Part shown: positions 1 to 12,943 of the stretch, piece after piece
Position numbering within the stretch: position 1 is the stretch's first letter
Layout: each line of letters begins with the position of its first letter
Origin: an uncultured Candidatus Binatia bacterium
GTDB taxonomy: Bacteria; Desulfobacterota; Binatia; UBA9968; JAJDTQ01
Assembly (NCBI GenBank): GCA_964291295.2
Contig: OZ219754.1
Span: 2,688,001 to 2,752,000 of the forward strand
Direction: 5' to 3'
Length of the DNA stretch: 64,000 nt
Made by a program: the position numbers and the translations under genes
Notes under the pieces: generated by a model
Seen by the model: the letters and a program-made list of their open reading frames with translations, nothing else
Told to the model about the DNA's origin: nothing
Database searches by the model: none

Positions 1-1413
1 GGCGACCTGTTCTCGCTGGTCCACATGAAGGGCGAGGGAAAGACCCGGGCTCTCAACGCGAGCGGACCGGCACCCGGCAGGGCCGCCATCGAGGCCTTCA
101 GGAGCCGTGGCCTGGATGCCGTCCCCACCGCCGGACCCCTGAGCATCGCGATCCCCGGAGCGGTGGACGGATGGCTGGAGCTGCACCGGCGGTACGGCAC
201 CGTGGAGCTGACCGAGATCTGCGCCGACGCCGTCACGCTGGCCCGGGAGGGCTTTCCCCTCTATTTCTCCCTGGCCCGGTCCATTGCGGCGTGGGCGCCC
301 TCGTCGCCCGACATCCACCGGTATTTCCGGGCGCCGCTGGAGGAGCTGAAGCCCGGCAGGCTGTTGCGGCAGCCGGAGCTGGCGGCGGTGCTGGAGGCCA
401 TTGTCCGGGACGGACGGGACGGCTTCTACGGCGGCGGCGTGGGCGCGCGCCTGTGCGCCGGCATCAGGGCGCAGGGGGGATTGCTGGAGGAACGGGATCT
501 GGAGGGCGGCTTCGCCGAGTGGCTGGAACCGCTGAGTACCGACTACAGGGGTTACCGGATCCTGGAGCAGCCGCCGGTCTCCCAGGGTTTCATGGTCCTG
601 ACCATGATGAATCTGCTGGCGGGTTACGACTGCAAGGCGTTGAGCCGGACGGAGCGGGTCCACGTGATGGTGGAGGCCAAGAAGATCGCCTTCGAGGACC
701 GCATCCGGTATCTGGACGACCCGCGCTTCGGCAATCCGCAGGTTCAGCGCCTGATCGGGAAGGAGTACGCCGACGAGCGCCGCGCCGATATCGTCGATAC
801 CGCCAGGCCGCCGTCATCCTCCCTTGCGGCCGCCGGCGCCGACACCACCTATCTGTGTGTCGCGGACGGTGACGGCAACGTCGTCTCGCTCATCCAGAGC
901 GTCTTTTCGGTGTTCGGGTCGCGCGTCGTGGCGGGAGACACCGGCATCGTCATGAACAACCGCCTGTGCAGCGCCATGCTGGATCCCGAAAGCGCCAATG
1001 CCCTGAAGCCGGGCAAGCGGCCCGCCCACACCCTCAACTCCTACATGGTGTTCCACAACGGCGAATTTCTGGCGGTGGGGGGCACTCCGGGGGCGGACGA
1101 CCAGCCTCAGACCAACGTTCAGGTGCTGCACAACCTGCTGGACCTCGGAATGGACCCCCAGCGTGCGCTCGAGGCGCCGCGCTGGAGTCACGTGCCCGGC
1201 ACCCCGCCCAACGTCGGATATCCGGAGCTGCTGCGGCTGGAGACGGGCTTCCCGGACGAGGTGGTGCAGGGCCTGGCCGCCAAGGGTCACCCGGTGAAAG
1301 TGGTGGAGCCCTGGTCCTTCGGGGGCGCCGCGCTCATTGTCAGAGACCCGCGCAGCGCGACCCTCATGGCTGCCGCCGACCCGCGCCGGGACGGATACGC
1401 GCTGGGCTGGTAG
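1..1413 (+). CDS. ggt: Gamma-glutamyltransferase family protein (5' end outside window)
   Basis: Frame is open from base 1 (GDLFSLVH...). GGT motifs: IPGAVDGW, nucleophile Thr in DTTYLCVADGDGN, PGKRPAHT, GTPGADDQPQ, AADPRRDG. Confidence 0.9.
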   Translation, partial: GDLFSLVHMKGEGKTRALNASGPAPGRAAIEAFRSRGLDAVPTAGPLSIAIPGAVDGWLELHRRYGTVELTEICADAVTLAREGFPLYFSLARSIAAWAPSSPDIHRYFRAPLEELKPGRLLRQPELAAVLEAIVRDGRDGFYGGGVGARLCAGIRAQGGLLEERDLEGGFAEWLEPLSTDYRGYRILEQPPVSQGFMVLTMMNLLAGYDCKALSRTERVHVMVEAKKIAFEDRIRYLDDPRFGNPQVQRLIGKEYADERRADIVDTARPPSSSLAAAGADTTYLCVADGDGNVVSLIQSVFSVFGSRVVAGDTGIVMNNRLCSAMLDPESANALKPGKRPAHTLNSYMVFHNGEFLAVGGTPGADDQPQTNVQVLHNLLDLGMDPQRALEAPRWSHVPGTPPNVGYPELLRLETGFPDEVVQGLAAKGHPVKVVEPWSFGGAALIVRDPRSATLMAAADPRRDGYALGW

Positions 1414-1486
1414 GCGTGCGTGCCATGGCATTCCGGGCCCGGCCCGGAATGTTTCGGCCAGGTCGGCGCGGTACGGGAGACGGATC

Positions 1487-2311
1487 GTGAGCAGGGACTG
1501 TCAGCATCGAACGCTTCGGGTCGGCGGCATCGAGACCCACTACCTGGAGGCCGGAGAGGGACCCGACCTGGTGCTGCTCCATGGTGGCGAGTACGGCGCC
1601 TCCGCCGAGGCCACGTGGGGTGAGGCCATGGACAGGCTGGCGGAGACCTTTCACGTCATCGCCCCGGACATGCTGGGTTACGGCGCCACCGCCAAGATAT
1701 ACAGTTTCTCGGACCCTTCGGGGTTCCGAATGACGCACCTGGCGCAGCTCATGGAGGTGGTGGGCGTGGGGGAAGCCTTCTACATGGGCAACTCGGCCGG
1801 TGGCGGCATGCTGCTGCGAAGCGCGGTGCGCAATCCCTCGCCCCTGAACATGAAGAAGATGGTGACCATCTGCGGCAATGCCGGGGTGTTCAAGAGCGAG
1901 TCCCAAGCCGATGTCGAAGACTACGACCCCAGCCCGGAGAACATGCGCAGGCTCCTCAGGCTGCTGTTCCACGACGAGAAGTGGCTCACCCCGGAGTGCG
2001 TGGAGGCGCGTTATGCCGACTCGATACGGCCCGGGGCCTGGGAGGCTCTGTCGGCCGCCCGCCTGAAGCGTCCCGGATACGAGCGCGGCTCGACCCTCGA
2101 AACCTTCGTGCGACAACTTGAGACGGTACGCGTGCCGCTGCTCATCGTTTCCTGTGACCACGACCCACTCAATCAACCGGACTGGGACAAGCGGCTGCAG
2201 CGCATCGTTCCGGGCTCCAGGGTGTACCGTTTCCGGGACTCGGCCCATGAGCCCCAGATCGAGGAGCGGGACACCTTTGTCCGGATCGTGACCGACTTCC
2301 TCCTGTCTTGA
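1487..2311 (+). CDS. Alpha/beta fold hydrolase
   Basis: LVLLHGG oxyanion motif, APDMLGYG, GNSAGG nucleophile elbow, AHEPQIE; GTG start after GGAGA. Confidence 0.88.
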   Translation: MSRDCQHRTLRVGGIETHYLEAGEGPDLVLLHGGEYGASAEATWGEAMDRLAETFHVIAPDMLGYGATAKIYSFSDPSGFRMTHLAQLMEVVGVGEAFYMGNSAGGGMLLRSAVRNPSPLNMKKMVTICGNAGVFKSESQADVEDYDPSPENMRRLLRLLFHDEKWLTPECVEARYADSIRPGAWEALSAARLKRPGYERGSTLETFVRQLETVRVPLLIVSCDHDPLNQPDWDKRLQRIVPGSRVYRFRDSAHEPQIEERDTFVRIVTDFLLS

Positions 2312-2336
2312 CATCCGCGGCAGGCGGGACTAACTT
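2308..2336 (+). promoter_or_regulatory. Putative sigma70 promoter for the DUF1178 gene
   Basis: TTGACA-17 bp-TAACTT, ending 27 bp before ATG 2364. Confidence 0.5.
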
Positions 2337-2363
2337 CGACAATGGTTGCCAAGGGGTACCGGG

Positions 2364-2789
2364 ATGGTCATATACGATCTCGCCTGTGACAGTGAACACC
2401 GTTTCGAGGGGTGGTTTTCCGGATCGGAGAACTACCAGGAGCAGCTCGCGCAAGACCGCATCGCCTGCCCGGTGTGCGGCTCCACGGCCATCACCCGGCT
2501 CCCGCACCGTTGCGCCGTGCACAGCAGGACGGAGCCTCCGTCACGACGGCCCCAACCCTCCATGCCCACGCCGGAGCAGTTCAGGGAAGCGCTGTTCCGG
2601 GTCCATCACTACGTACGGAACAACTTCGAGGATGTCGGGCATCACTTCGCCCGGGAAGCCCGCCGCATTCACGACGGGGAAGCGGACGAACGGCCCATCC
2701 ACGGCACCGCCACCGCCGAGGAACGTGAATCCCTCCACGACGACGGCATCCGTTACCTGACCCTGCCCAAGCCCGAGCTCGACAGCTGA
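2364..2789 (+). CDS. DUF1178 family zinc-ribbon protein
   Basis: MVIYDLACDSEHRFEGWF...CPVCGS; EDVG..FAREARRIH.GE..ERPIHG.AT signature. Confidence 0.88.
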   Translation: MVIYDLACDSEHRFEGWFSGSENYQEQLAQDRIACPVCGSTAITRLPHRCAVHSRTEPPSRRPQPSMPTPEQFREALFRVHHYVRNNFEDVGHHFAREARRIHDGEADERPIHGTATAEERESLHDDGIRYLTLPKPELDS

Positions 2790-2900
2790 ACCCCGCCCCG
2801 GGCGTCGTTCACCAACTCCGTCCGGTTCATGGTCCTGTCCGTGATCCGGTATCCAGGCTGTGATTGACAACGCGCCGACCTGTCTGTTAGCCGGTGCCCC

Positions 2901-3377
2901 ATGGACGCACGCGAAATCCGCCATGTGATGGGACACTTCGCCACCGGCGTGACCATCGTCACCACCAGGGACAAGGATGGACTGCCCACCGGAATCACCG
3001 CCAACGCCTTCTCGTCCCTTTCCTTGAATCCGCCGCTGGTGCTGGTCTGCATCGACAAGAAGGCCAACTGTTACGACTGCTTCGAGGACTCCGGCGTGTT
3101 CGCCGTCAACCTGCTCGGCGAGCACCAGGAGCATCTCGCCAACCGCTTCGCCACCAAGGGCATCGAGAAGTTCCGGGACGCCGCCTGGCACATGAGCGGC
3201 AACGGCATTCCGGTGCTGGAGGAGACCCTCGGGCACATCGAGTGCACGGTCAGCCAAGGCTACGACGGCGGCGACCATACCATCTATCTCGGCGCGGTTC
3301 TCCAGGCACAGGCCGTGGGCGGCCGCCCGCTGCTTTTCTTCAAGGGCAAGTATCAGAGGCTTCCCGGAGCGGCCTGA
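2901..3377 (+). CDS. Flavin reductase (HpaC/RutF-like)
   Basis: FATGVTIVTT, TANAFSSLSLNPPLVLVC, GGDHTIYLG. Confidence 0.92.
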   Translation: MDAREIRHVMGHFATGVTIVTTRDKDGLPTGITANAFSSLSLNPPLVLVCIDKKANCYDCFEDSGVFAVNLLGEHQEHLANRFATKGIEKFRDAAWHMSGNGIPVLEETLGHIECTVSQGYDGGDHTIYLGAVLQAQAVGGRPLLFFKGKYQRLPGAA

Positions 3378-3393
3378 TGGATCCGGCGGGACT

Positions 3394-4962
3394 TCACCGC
3401 AGCGTGATGTCCACGTCCCGGGCGCCGGGGGTCACGGGATTCCCTTCGTGGGCGCCGGCCGGTTCGCCGGCCTCCCGGGTCAAAGGGTCGCCGTCCCGGT
3501 CCAGCCTCGCGCTGACATCCACGGGCCCTTCGAACTCCGCCCCCGGTATCATGACGTCGCCTGAACCCAGAGAGAAGGAGACCGGGAACGTCGGCCGGGC
3601 GATCCGTTTCACCGCCAACGGGGGGCCGGCGGCGGCCCCGGCCGTTCTGGCGACGATGTAGAGAGTGGCGGGTTCACCCGCCTGCGTGGCGCGGCCGGGG
3701 TCCATCCGCACCGTCCCCTCGATGCGCGGCCCGGCCGTCGCCTCGGGCGCCGGCTCCGCGCCGATGCCGGCGATGATCTCCCGGACGGCGTTTCGCCGCT
3801 CTCCTTCGGGCAGCAGCCGCTCAAGCTGACGGAGATATTCCCGGGCTCCGTCCAGGTCGCGACCCTCCTGGTGGAGGATCATCCCCTTGGCCCACAGAGC
3901 GAGAGGCAGATTCGGGGTCCGCGACAACGCCCGGTCCAGTGCCTCCAGGGCGGCGTCGACATGGCCGGCCCGGGCCAGGACCATTCCCATGTAGGCGTTG
4001 GCGAGAGGGTGGCCGGGGTCCTGGTTCAACACCGTGCGGAAGGCCTCGATGGCGTTCCTGAAGTCCTCGCGCTGGTACGCTTCCTGTCCCCGGCGCAAGG
4101 CCGCGGCAGGTTCCTCCGAGACCATCGAGGGGCTGACGCCGCCGGGGCCGGTGCCGGTGAGAAAATCACCGGTGATGCTGTCGCGGGTCGAAGTGCGGGG
4201 ACGGAGTGACTGCCCCAACAGCAGTCCCAGGGTGACGCCGCCGGCCAGCAGCAGCGCGGCTCCCACCGGCAGCGCCCAGCGCCGTCTGGCCCTCCGGGGT
4301 GCGGTCACAGCGGTCGCGGCGGATTCCGGGGCCGGGGGGACGCCCGCCGCCGCGAGGCTGCGCGCGGCCTGATGTTCGTAGCGCTCCCTGAGGGATTCGT
4401 AGTCGGCCCGGGACAGCTTGCCCGCCTGGTGGTCGAACTCGAGTTCGCGAAGGTTCCGGTAGATGCGGGTCCGCTCGTCCTCCGGCGGGTCCTGGAGAGG
4501 GGGATGGCGAATATCGGCGGCCGACGCCTCGGTGCGGACCCGTTCCAGCAGCGCCGGATCCGGTGGTTCGCCGGGATCGTCCCTCACCCGGCCGCTCCAG
4601 CGCCGCAGGAACCATGCCGCAAGGGCCAGACCGGCCAGCAGGCCGGCGAAGGGCAGAATCCACAGGACGAGACTGAAGCCGTGGGCCGGCGGTGCCAGCA
4701 ACACCCACTCGCCGTATTTCGAGACGAAGTAGGAGCGGATCTCGTCCGGTGTCCTGCCAGCCTCCAGCTGTTCCCGTACAATGCCGCGCATCTGCACGGC
4801 CATCTCGGCCGGCGAGTCGGCCACCGACAGGTTCTGGCACACCACGCAACGGAGTTCCGACGCAATGGCGCGGACGCGGTCTTCCAGCGCCTGGTCCGCA
4901 TGCGAACTGGGGCAAAGGATGAGGAGAAGTCCCCAAACCGCTTTGAAAAAAAGGTTTCTCAT
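3394..4962 (-). CDS. ccmH: Cytochrome c biogenesis protein, CcmH fused to CcmI/CycH (TPR and C-terminal domain)
   Basis: LRCVVCQNLSVADS, YGEWVLLAPP, LRELEFDHQAGKLS, TPR region, PPLAVKR...FPVSFSL...SARLDRDGD; last gene of ccm operon. Confidence 0.88.
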   Translation of the reverse strand: MRNLFFKAVWGLLLILCPSSHADQALEDRVRAIASELRCVVCQNLSVADSPAEMAVQMRGIVREQLEAGRTPDEIRSYFVSKYGEWVLLAPPAHGFSLVLWILPFAGLLAGLALAAWFLRRWSGRVRDDPGEPPDPALLERVRTEASAADIRHPPLQDPPEDERTRIYRNLRELEFDHQAGKLSRADYESLRERYEHQAARSLAAAGVPPAPESAATAVTAPRRARRRWALPVGAALLLAGGVTLGLLLGQSLRPRTSTRDSITGDFLTGTGPGGVSPSMVSEEPAAALRRGQEAYQREDFRNAIEAFRTVLNQDPGHPLANAYMGMVLARAGHVDAALEALDRALSRTPNLPLALWAKGMILHQEGRDLDGAREYLRQLERLLPEGERRNAVREIIAGIGAEPAPEATAGPRIEGTVRMDPGRATQAGEPATLYIVARTAGAAAGPPLAVKRIARPTFPVSFSLGSGDVMIPGAEFEGPVDVSARLDRDGDPLTREAGEPAGAHEGNPVTPGARDVDITLR

Positions 4963-5528
4963 CGTATGGACTGGTGTTCGCCGCGGCCGCTGCCAGTGCT
5001 TGCAAGGTCGCGTCGGGCTTCCTGCAACTTGGCCGCCAGGACCGCCGGCGGGATCGCGCCGACGTGCTTGTAGGTGATCCGTCCGGCCGGACTCACGAAG
5101 AAGGTTTCCGGAATGCCCCACACGCCGTAGTCCACCGATACCCGGCCTTCGGGATCCCGGCCGTTCGCAAAGGTGATGCCGAACTCGTCGATGAATTCGA
5201 GTGCGTCCGCCTTCCTGTCCTGGATGTTGATGCCCAGAAAGAGCACGTCGTCACCCTGGCGCTGCCAGGCAGATTCCAGGTCACGGGCCTCTTCGCGGCA
5301 GGGCAGACACCACGAGGCCCAGAAGCCCAGCAGAACGGTCTTGCCGCGGAGCTCGGACAGCCGCACCGTCTCGCCGTTGAACATCTCCAGGGAGAAGTCG
5401 GGGGCGGCGCGGCCCACCAGGGGCGAGGGGATATAGCGGGGATCCCGATGGAAGCCGTAACCCAGCAGGATCACCAGGAGTGCCACCCCGACAAGGGTGA
5501 GCAGCAGCCTTTGCGCCGCGGTACCCAT
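4959..5528 (-). CDS. ccmG: Thiol:disulfide oxidoreductase DsbE/CcmG (TlpA family)
   Basis: N-terminal TM, SPLVGRAAPDF, FWASWCLPC, YGVWGIPETF. Confidence 0.9.
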   Translation of the reverse strand: MGTAAQRLLLTLVGVALLVILLGYGFHRDPRYIPSPLVGRAAPDFSLEMFNGETVRLSELRGKTVLLGFWASWCLPCREEARDLESAWQRQGDDVLFLGINIQDRKADALEFIDEFGITFANGRDPEGRVSVDYGVWGIPETFFVSPAGRITYKHVGAIPPAVLAAKLQEARRDLASTGSGRGEHQSIR

Positions 5529-5531
5529 CCC

Positions 5532-7486
<1,955 letters not shown>

Positions 7487-7490
<4 letters not shown>

Positions 7491-7918
7491 AGGGCGCGTG
7501 CGGGCACGAAGCTCCGTTTCGCGGCGGGGTCTTCGCCTTCCCGGTGCGGGCTGTATTCCTCGGCGTGCTTGGCCATCACGGTTGAAGCCTTGAAGGTGCC
7601 GTCCGCGCCGAGCCGCCCCTCCACCACCGCGCCCTTGCCCTCGGAGAAGAGGTCCGGCGGCACGCCCTGGTAGTACACCGCGACGGACTCCCGGCCGTCG
7701 GAGATCTCGAAGCGAAACGTGCGCTGCGAGATATCCTTGCGGAGAGACCCGGGCAGCACCATGCCCCCGATGCGAAGAAAGCGGTCGGGCGCCGGTGTCT
7801 CGGCCCGCAGTTCGGAAGGCGTCACGAAATAGACCACGGCCTCCTGCATGGCGCCATGGATGAGATAGGACAGGCCGCCGGCGATGATCAGGCCGCCGAT
7901 GAGATACCTGGGCTTCAT
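7487..7918 (-). CDS. ccmE: Heme chaperone CcmE
   Basis: YFVTPSE, RIGGMV, PPDLFSEG, AKHAEEY (HxxxY heme-binding motif). Confidence 0.95.
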
Positions 7919-8061
7919 GGACGGTCACCCCCCGCTTCGTTCGAGACCCGGGCCAGCCGCATGGCGGCGCTTCGAATCCGCCGTTTCAACGACACCGCAT
8001 AGATGAGGATGCTGCACCAGACAATACCGTAGGCCAGCAGAACGAAACCCCAGTGTCCCAT
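7915..8061 (-). CDS. ccmD: Heme exporter protein CcmD (48 aa, absent from ORF track)
   Basis: Translated by hand: MGHWGFVLLAYGIVWCSILIYAVSLKRRIRSAAMRLARVSNEAGGDRP. One TM with AYG motif plus basic tail; between ccmC and ccmE with ATGA overlap. Confidence 0.85.
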   Translation of the reverse strand: MGHWGFVLLAYGIVWCSILIYAVSLKRRIRSAAMRLARVSNEAGGDRP

Positions 8062-8065
8062 GAAA

Positions 8066-8767
8066 TCATGCTCCCTGAACACGCCCTTGCGCCGCGTTGT
8101 CGAGGCGGCTGCGGCGCACCTGGTCTTCCACCTCGCCGAGATGGATGCGCAGCGACAACAGATAGAAGAACAACAGCAGGAAAGCCAGGAAATTGACTCC
8201 CAACGGCCACAGGAAGGCCGGATCGATGTTGTCCCACGGCGCCCGGTCGGGACGCATGATGGACGGCGGCTGGTGCAGCGTGCGCCACCAGTACACCGAC
8301 ATGTGTATCAGCGGGATGTCCAGGAAGCCGATGATGCCCAGGATCGCCCCGGACACGGCCGCGCGCCTCGGATCCTCGATGAGGGCGCGGAGCAGCAGGT
8401 AACCGGCGAATATCAGCAACAGGACGACGGTGAGGGTCAGGCGGGCATCCCAGGTCCACCACACGCCCCACGTGGGCTTCCCCCAGATGGATCCCTCCAC
8501 GATGGTCAGGGCGGTGAACAGCACGCCGATCTCGGCGGCCGAGTGGGCGAGGATGTCGTCGCGGCGCTCGCCCTTCCACAGATAGAGGCAGCTCCCCACG
8601 AACACGATGAAGAACGACAGATAAGCCACCAGGATGCTGGGGATGTGGAGGTACATGATCCGCTGGCTGTCGCCCTGCCGTGCGTCCGGCGGCGCCTCCA
8701 CGAGACCCCAGTACAGTCCGGTGACGACAAGGATGAGTGCCAGCGTGCCGAGAATTCGTCGAGACAT
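8066..8767 (-). CDS. ccmC: Heme exporter / cytochrome c biogenesis protein CcmC
   Basis: RIMYLHIPS, WGKPTWGVWWTWDARLT, SVYWWRTLHQP. Confidence 0.95.
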   Translation of the reverse strand: MSRRILGTLALILVVTGLYWGLVEAPPDARQGDSQRIMYLHIPSILVAYLSFFIVFVGSCLYLWKGERRDDILAHSAAEIGVLFTALTIVEGSIWGKPTWGVWWTWDARLTLTVVLLLIFAGYLLLRALIEDPRRAAVSGAILGIIGFLDIPLIHMSVYWWRTLHQPPSIMRPDRAPWDNIDPAFLWPLGVNFLAFLLLFFYLLSLRIHLGEVEDQVRRSRLDNAAQGRVQGA

Positions 8768-8881
8768 GGCGTCGAGACATGGATCAGTGAATGGACCGCA
8801 CCAATGCGGGAACGGCCACGACCGCAAGCGAACCGTCTCCGATGATGATAGCATTGCCCGGCGGCGGTCCCCAAACAGACG

Positions 8882-9562
8882 TCAACCTTCCAACACCCAC
8901 TCCAGCAGCAGGAAGCCGGCGGTGACGAAGATCAGATCGAACCCCACCAGCAGGCGAAACCACGGCGCCAGGTCGGAAGCGGGGCCGGCCCCGAGGATGA
9001 TCTGCAGGGTGCGAACGGTGCCCAGGACCACCGGGATCATGAGCGGAAACAGCAGCACCGGCAGCAGCAGCGCCCGCGCCCGCGCCTGCAACGTCATGGC
9101 CGCGAAGAGAACGCCCACCACGCAGAAGCCCAAGGTGCCGAGCAGGGTGTAGAGGAGCAGGTCGGGCAGGTGACGCCAGAGATCCAGCCGAAACAGGATG
9201 CCGAACAGCGGCAGCACGAGAACTTCCAGCAGGGCCATGAGCGAGAAGCTGAAGACGACCTTGGCGAGGTAATAAGCGCCCCGGTCCAGGGGCGCCAGCC
9301 GAAGCGCATCCAGGCAGCCGTTCTCACGGTCGCCCTGAAACAGTTGGCCGAGGGCCAGGGTGCCGCTGAACATGAAGGCCAGCCACAACAGGCCGGGCGC
9401 CATGCGCGAGACGTTGTCGCTCGAGACCTCGAAGGCGAAGGCGAACAGGAAGAGCAGCGAGAGGCCGAAGAAGAACATCGACAACAGGTTCTCGCGGCGG
9501 CGCGTCTCCAGCAGGAGATCCTTCCAGAGCAGCCAGTAAAACTGTCTCAAGGTGTCCGTCAA
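8882..9562 (-). CDS. ccmB: Heme exporter permease CcmB
   Basis: WKDLLLETRRRE, PGLLWLA, DRENGCLD, LLPVLLFPLMIPV; TTG start overlaps ccmA stop. Confidence 0.92.
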   Translation of the reverse strand: MTDTLRQFYWLLWKDLLLETRRRENLLSMFFFGLSLLFLFAFAFEVSSDNVSRMAPGLLWLAFMFSGTLALGQLFQGDRENGCLDALRLAPLDRGAYYLAKVVFSFSLMALLEVLVLPLFGILFRLDLWRHLPDLLLYTLLGTLGFCVVGVLFAAMTLQARARALLLPVLLFPLMIPVVLGTVRTLQIILGAGPASDLAPWFRLLVGFDLIFVTAGFLLLEWVLEG

Positions 9563-10284
9563 CGCACGCCGCCTGCGTCCGGGGAGGAGAGGAGGCCGTC
9601 GAAAGCGGCATGGAAACTGTTCCAGGGTTCCTGTCGGGGTTCGTCGAAGACGATCCGTCCCCGGTTCAGGATCACGGCCCTGGAACAAAGCCCGAGGATC
9701 CGCGAAACGTCGTGCGTCGCCAGCACCACGATACCGCCGGCGGCACAGAGGGAGTGCAGGAAACGGTTCAGGATGTCCACGCCCGAGGGGTCCAGCGCAC
9801 CGTAGGGTTCGTCCACCAGCAGCAGTCCCGGATTCACCAGCCGCCACTTGGCGATGGCCAGCCGGCAGCGCATGCCCAGCGACAGGGTCGACGCGTACTC
9901 GCCGGCCCGTGCGTGCAAGCCCACCTCGTTCAGGACCTCCGTCCGTTCCTCCGTGGTGACGTCCCTGCGATACAGGGCGGCGAAGAACCGGAGATTCTCG
10001 CTGACCGTCAGGTTGTCGTAGAGATGAGCGCCCGAGGCGAGAAACCCGATCCTGCCCCGGAGCGGGGAGTTGCCGTAGGAAAGCGAGCGTCCGAACAGTT
10101 CGATGGTGCCCGTGGTGGGGTAGGCCAAGGCCGCCAGAAGCCGCAACAGCGTGGTCTTTCCGGCGCCGTTGGGCCCCAGCAGCGCCACCCATTCGCCGGC
10201 GGCGATCTCCAGCCGCAACTCTCTCAGGGCCCACAGGAACCCGTACACCTTCGACACGCTTTCCATCCGCACACTCACGATCAT
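9559..10284 (-). CDS. ccmA: Heme ABC exporter ATP-binding protein CcmA
   Basis: Walker A GPNGAGKTT, LSLGM signature, LLVDEP; first gene of ccm operon. Confidence 0.9.
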   Translation of the reverse strand: MIVSVRMESVSKVYGFLWALRELRLEIAAGEWVALLGPNGAGKTTLLRLLAALAYPTTGTIELFGRSLSYGNSPLRGRIGFLASGAHLYDNLTVSENLRFFAALYRRDVTTEERTEVLNEVGLHARAGEYASTLSLGMRCRLAIAKWRLVNPGLLLVDEPYGALDPSGVDILNRFLHSLCAAGGIVVLATHDVSRILGLCSRAVILNRGRIVFDEPRQEPWNSFHAAFDGLLSSPDAGGVR

Positions 10285-10646
10285 GGTCCGGGTACGGAAC
10301 GATACGGAACACCTTGTGAGTAATTTGACGAAATACTCTGATGAACGTCGTGATGAGTCCTGCGCCCCGGCGGCCGCCGGAAGCTTCCCGATTCCCCAAT
10401 ATAGCGCGTTCCGCCGGAAATGGCATCCGAAGGGGGCATCATGCCCGCGCCGGAGCGCTCCCTTGACTCACCACCGGAGATTGGCTAAGCACTATCCTGT
10501 CACGACTGCACGTATCGCCTGAACCGGGTGGGCTGGCTCGACGGCTCCGCGCGGGTCCATGCGAGTCCATGTCCGGTCTCGGGATCTCCGGGACCGGATC
10601 GGTCTTCAGGCCATTTCACGGATCAGAGGAGGATCAGGGACGAATC

Positions 10647-11909
10647 ATGGCGAGCTATCTACACGTCAAAGTGCCGTCCGAAGGGGCGAAGGTTTCGCTC
10701 TCCGACGGCGGACTGCAGGTTCCCGACAAGCCCATCATTCCGTTCATCGAAGGCGATGGCATCGGGGTGGATATATGGGCGGCCGCGGTGCGGGTGCTGG
10801 ACGGAGCCGTGGCCAAGGCCTACGGCGGCAAGAAGAAGATCGCATGGATGGAGGTCTACGCGGGCGAGAAGGCGGCGGCGGTCTACGGCGACGACTGCCC
10901 GCCGAGCCTGCTGCCGCAGGAGACCGTGGACGTCATCCGCGAGTACCTGGTGGCCATCAAGGGTCCCCTGACCACCCCGGTGGGCGAGGGCTTCCGCAGT
11001 CTCAACGTGACCTTGCGCCAGGTTCTCGACCTGTACGTCTGCCTCCGGCCGGTGCGTTACTTCAAGGGCGTTCCGTCGCCGGTGGTGCGGCCCCATCTGG
11101 TGGACATGGTGATCTTCCGCGAGAATACCGAAGACATCTACGCCGGCATCGAGTGGGAAACGGGCACCGCCGAAGCGGAGAGGATGGTCCGCTTCCTGCG
11201 GGACGAGATGGGAGTCAAGAGCATCCGTTTTCCCGCCACCGCCAGCATCGGCATCAAGCCGATTTCCATCGAGGGTTCGGAGCGGCTGATCCGCGCGGCC
11301 ATCCGCTACGCTCTGGACCACAACCGCCGCAACGTCACGCTGGTACACAAGGGCAACATACAGAAGTACACCGAGGGCGCCTTCATGCGCTGGGGCTACG
11401 CCCTCGCCAAGCGGGAGTTCGGCGACAAGGTCGTTTCCTGGGAGGAATGCGGCGGCAAACCGGCGGACGGCCAGATCCTCATCAAGGACGCCATCACCGA
11501 CGCCTTTCTGCAGCAGATCCTGACGCGCCCCGACGAGTTCGACGTGATCCCGACCATGAACCTCACCGGCGATCTCATCTCGGACGCGCTGGCGGCCCAG
11601 GTGGGCGGCATCGGCATCGCGCCGGGAGGCAACATCAACTACGATACGGGCCACGCGCTGTTCGAGGCCACCCACGGGACCGCGCCCAAGTACGCCGGCC
11701 AGGACAAGGTCAACCCGGGTTCGGTGATCCTTTCCGGCGAGATGATGCTGCGCCACCTCGGCTGGGACGAGGCCGCCGACCTGGTGATTCGGGGGCTTGA
11801 GGAAACCATAGCCCGGAAGACCGTCACCTACGATTTCGAACGCCTCATGACCGGTGCCACGCTGTTGAAGTGCTCGGAGTTCGGTGACGCCATCGTGGCG
11901 AACATGTAA
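10647..11909 (+). CDS. icd: NADP-dependent isocitrate dehydrogenase
   Basis: [48 protein letters not shown]. Confidence 0.97.
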   Translation: MASYLHVKVPSEGAKVSLSDGGLQVPDKPIIPFIEGDGIGVDIWAAAVRVLDGAVAKAYGGKKKIAWMEVYAGEKAAAVYGDDCPPSLLPQETVDVIREYLVAIKGPLTTPVGEGFRSLNVTLRQVLDLYVCLRPVRYFKGVPSPVVRPHLVDMVIFRENTEDIYAGIEWETGTAEAERMVRFLRDEMGVKSIRFPATASIGIKPISIEGSERLIRAAIRYALDHNRRNVTLVHKGNIQKYTEGAFMRWGYALAKREFGDKVVSWEECGGKPADGQILIKDAITDAFLQQILTRPDEFDVIPTMNLTGDLISDALAAQVGGIGIAPGGNINYDTGHALFEATHGTAPKYAGQDKVNPGSVILSGEMMLRHLGWDEAADLVIRGLEETIARKTVTYDFERLMTGATLLKCSEFGDAIVANM

Positions 11910-11917
11910 GGCGCATC

Positions 11918-12868
11918 ATGGCTGTTTCGAGACGCAGGATCGCATTGATCGGAGGCGGCAACATCGGCGGCACCATGGCGCACCTGTGCGCCCTGAAGAA
12001 GCTGGGGGACGTGATCCTCTTCGATGTGGTCGACGGATTGCCGCAGGGCAAGGCCCTGGACCTGCTCCAGTCCGCGCCCGTCGAGGGCTTCGACGCCGAC
12101 ATCGTCGGCACCACCCGCTACCAGGACATCGCCGGTGCCGACGTCTGCATCGTCACCGCCGGCATCGCGCGCAAGCCGGGCATGAGCCGCGATGATCTTC
12201 TGGGCACCAACGCCAGGATCATGACCCAGGTGTCGGAAAACATCAGAGAGTACGCACCCGACGCCTTCGTCATCGTCATCACCAACCCGCTGGACGCCAT
12301 GGTGACGCTGTGCCAGCGGGTCACCGGCTTTCCCAGGCACCAGGTGGTGGGACAGTCGGGGATCCTGGACTCTTCGCGCTATCGCACCTTCATCGCCCGG
12401 GAGCTGAACCGGTCGGTGGAGAGCGTCACGGCCATGGTGCTGGGCGGCCACGGCGACGACATGGTGCCGGTGCGGAGCACCTGCCAGGTGGCGGGCGTGC
12501 CGGTGGACCGTCTCATCTCATCCGGGCGGCTGGACGAGATCGAGCAGCGCGTGCGCATGGCCGGCGGCGAGATCGTCTCGCTGCTGAAGACCGGCTCGGC
12601 GTTCTACGCCCCGGCCTCGGCCGCGGTGCGCATGGCCGAAGCCTACCTGCTGGACAAGAAGGAAATTCTGCCTTGCGCGGCCCTGCTCGAAGGCGAATAC
12701 GGCGTCCAGGGATACTACTTCTGCGTGCCGGTGCTGCTGGGTGCCGGCGGCGTGGAGAAGGTCATCGAGATCGATCTGGCCGCCGGAGAAAAGGCCCGGT
12801 TCGACGAATCCCTTTCCCACGTCCGGGAGAGCGTGACGGCCATGGACCGGGTGCTGGGGGAAGCGTAG
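11918..12868 (+). CDS. mdh: Malate dehydrogenase (LDH-like)
   Basis: [36 protein letters not shown]. Confidence 0.96.
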   Translation: MAVSRRRIALIGGGNIGGTMAHLCALKKLGDVILFDVVDGLPQGKALDLLQSAPVEGFDADIVGTTRYQDIAGADVCIVTAGIARKPGMSRDDLLGTNARIMTQVSENIREYAPDAFVIVITNPLDAMVTLCQRVTGFPRHQVVGQSGILDSSRYRTFIARELNRSVESVTAMVLGGHGDDMVPVRSTCQVAGVPVDRLISSGRLDEIEQRVRMAGGEIVSLLKTGSAFYAPASAAVRMAEAYLLDKKEILPCAALLEGEYGVQGYYFCVPVLLGAGGVEKVIEIDLAAGEKARFDESLSHVRESVTAMDRVLGEA

Positions 12869-12943
12869 GCGGCACGCCGGTGCCTCCCGTGCCTGCGAAC
12901 CCCGCCCGGTAAGCGTCGGACGACCGTCCACGAATGACGTCGA

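Noticed and set aside
8882-10426. 514-aa ORF suggesting a long CcmB
   Set aside because: The N-terminal part is an off-frame overlap of ccmA. CcmB starts at TTG 9562.
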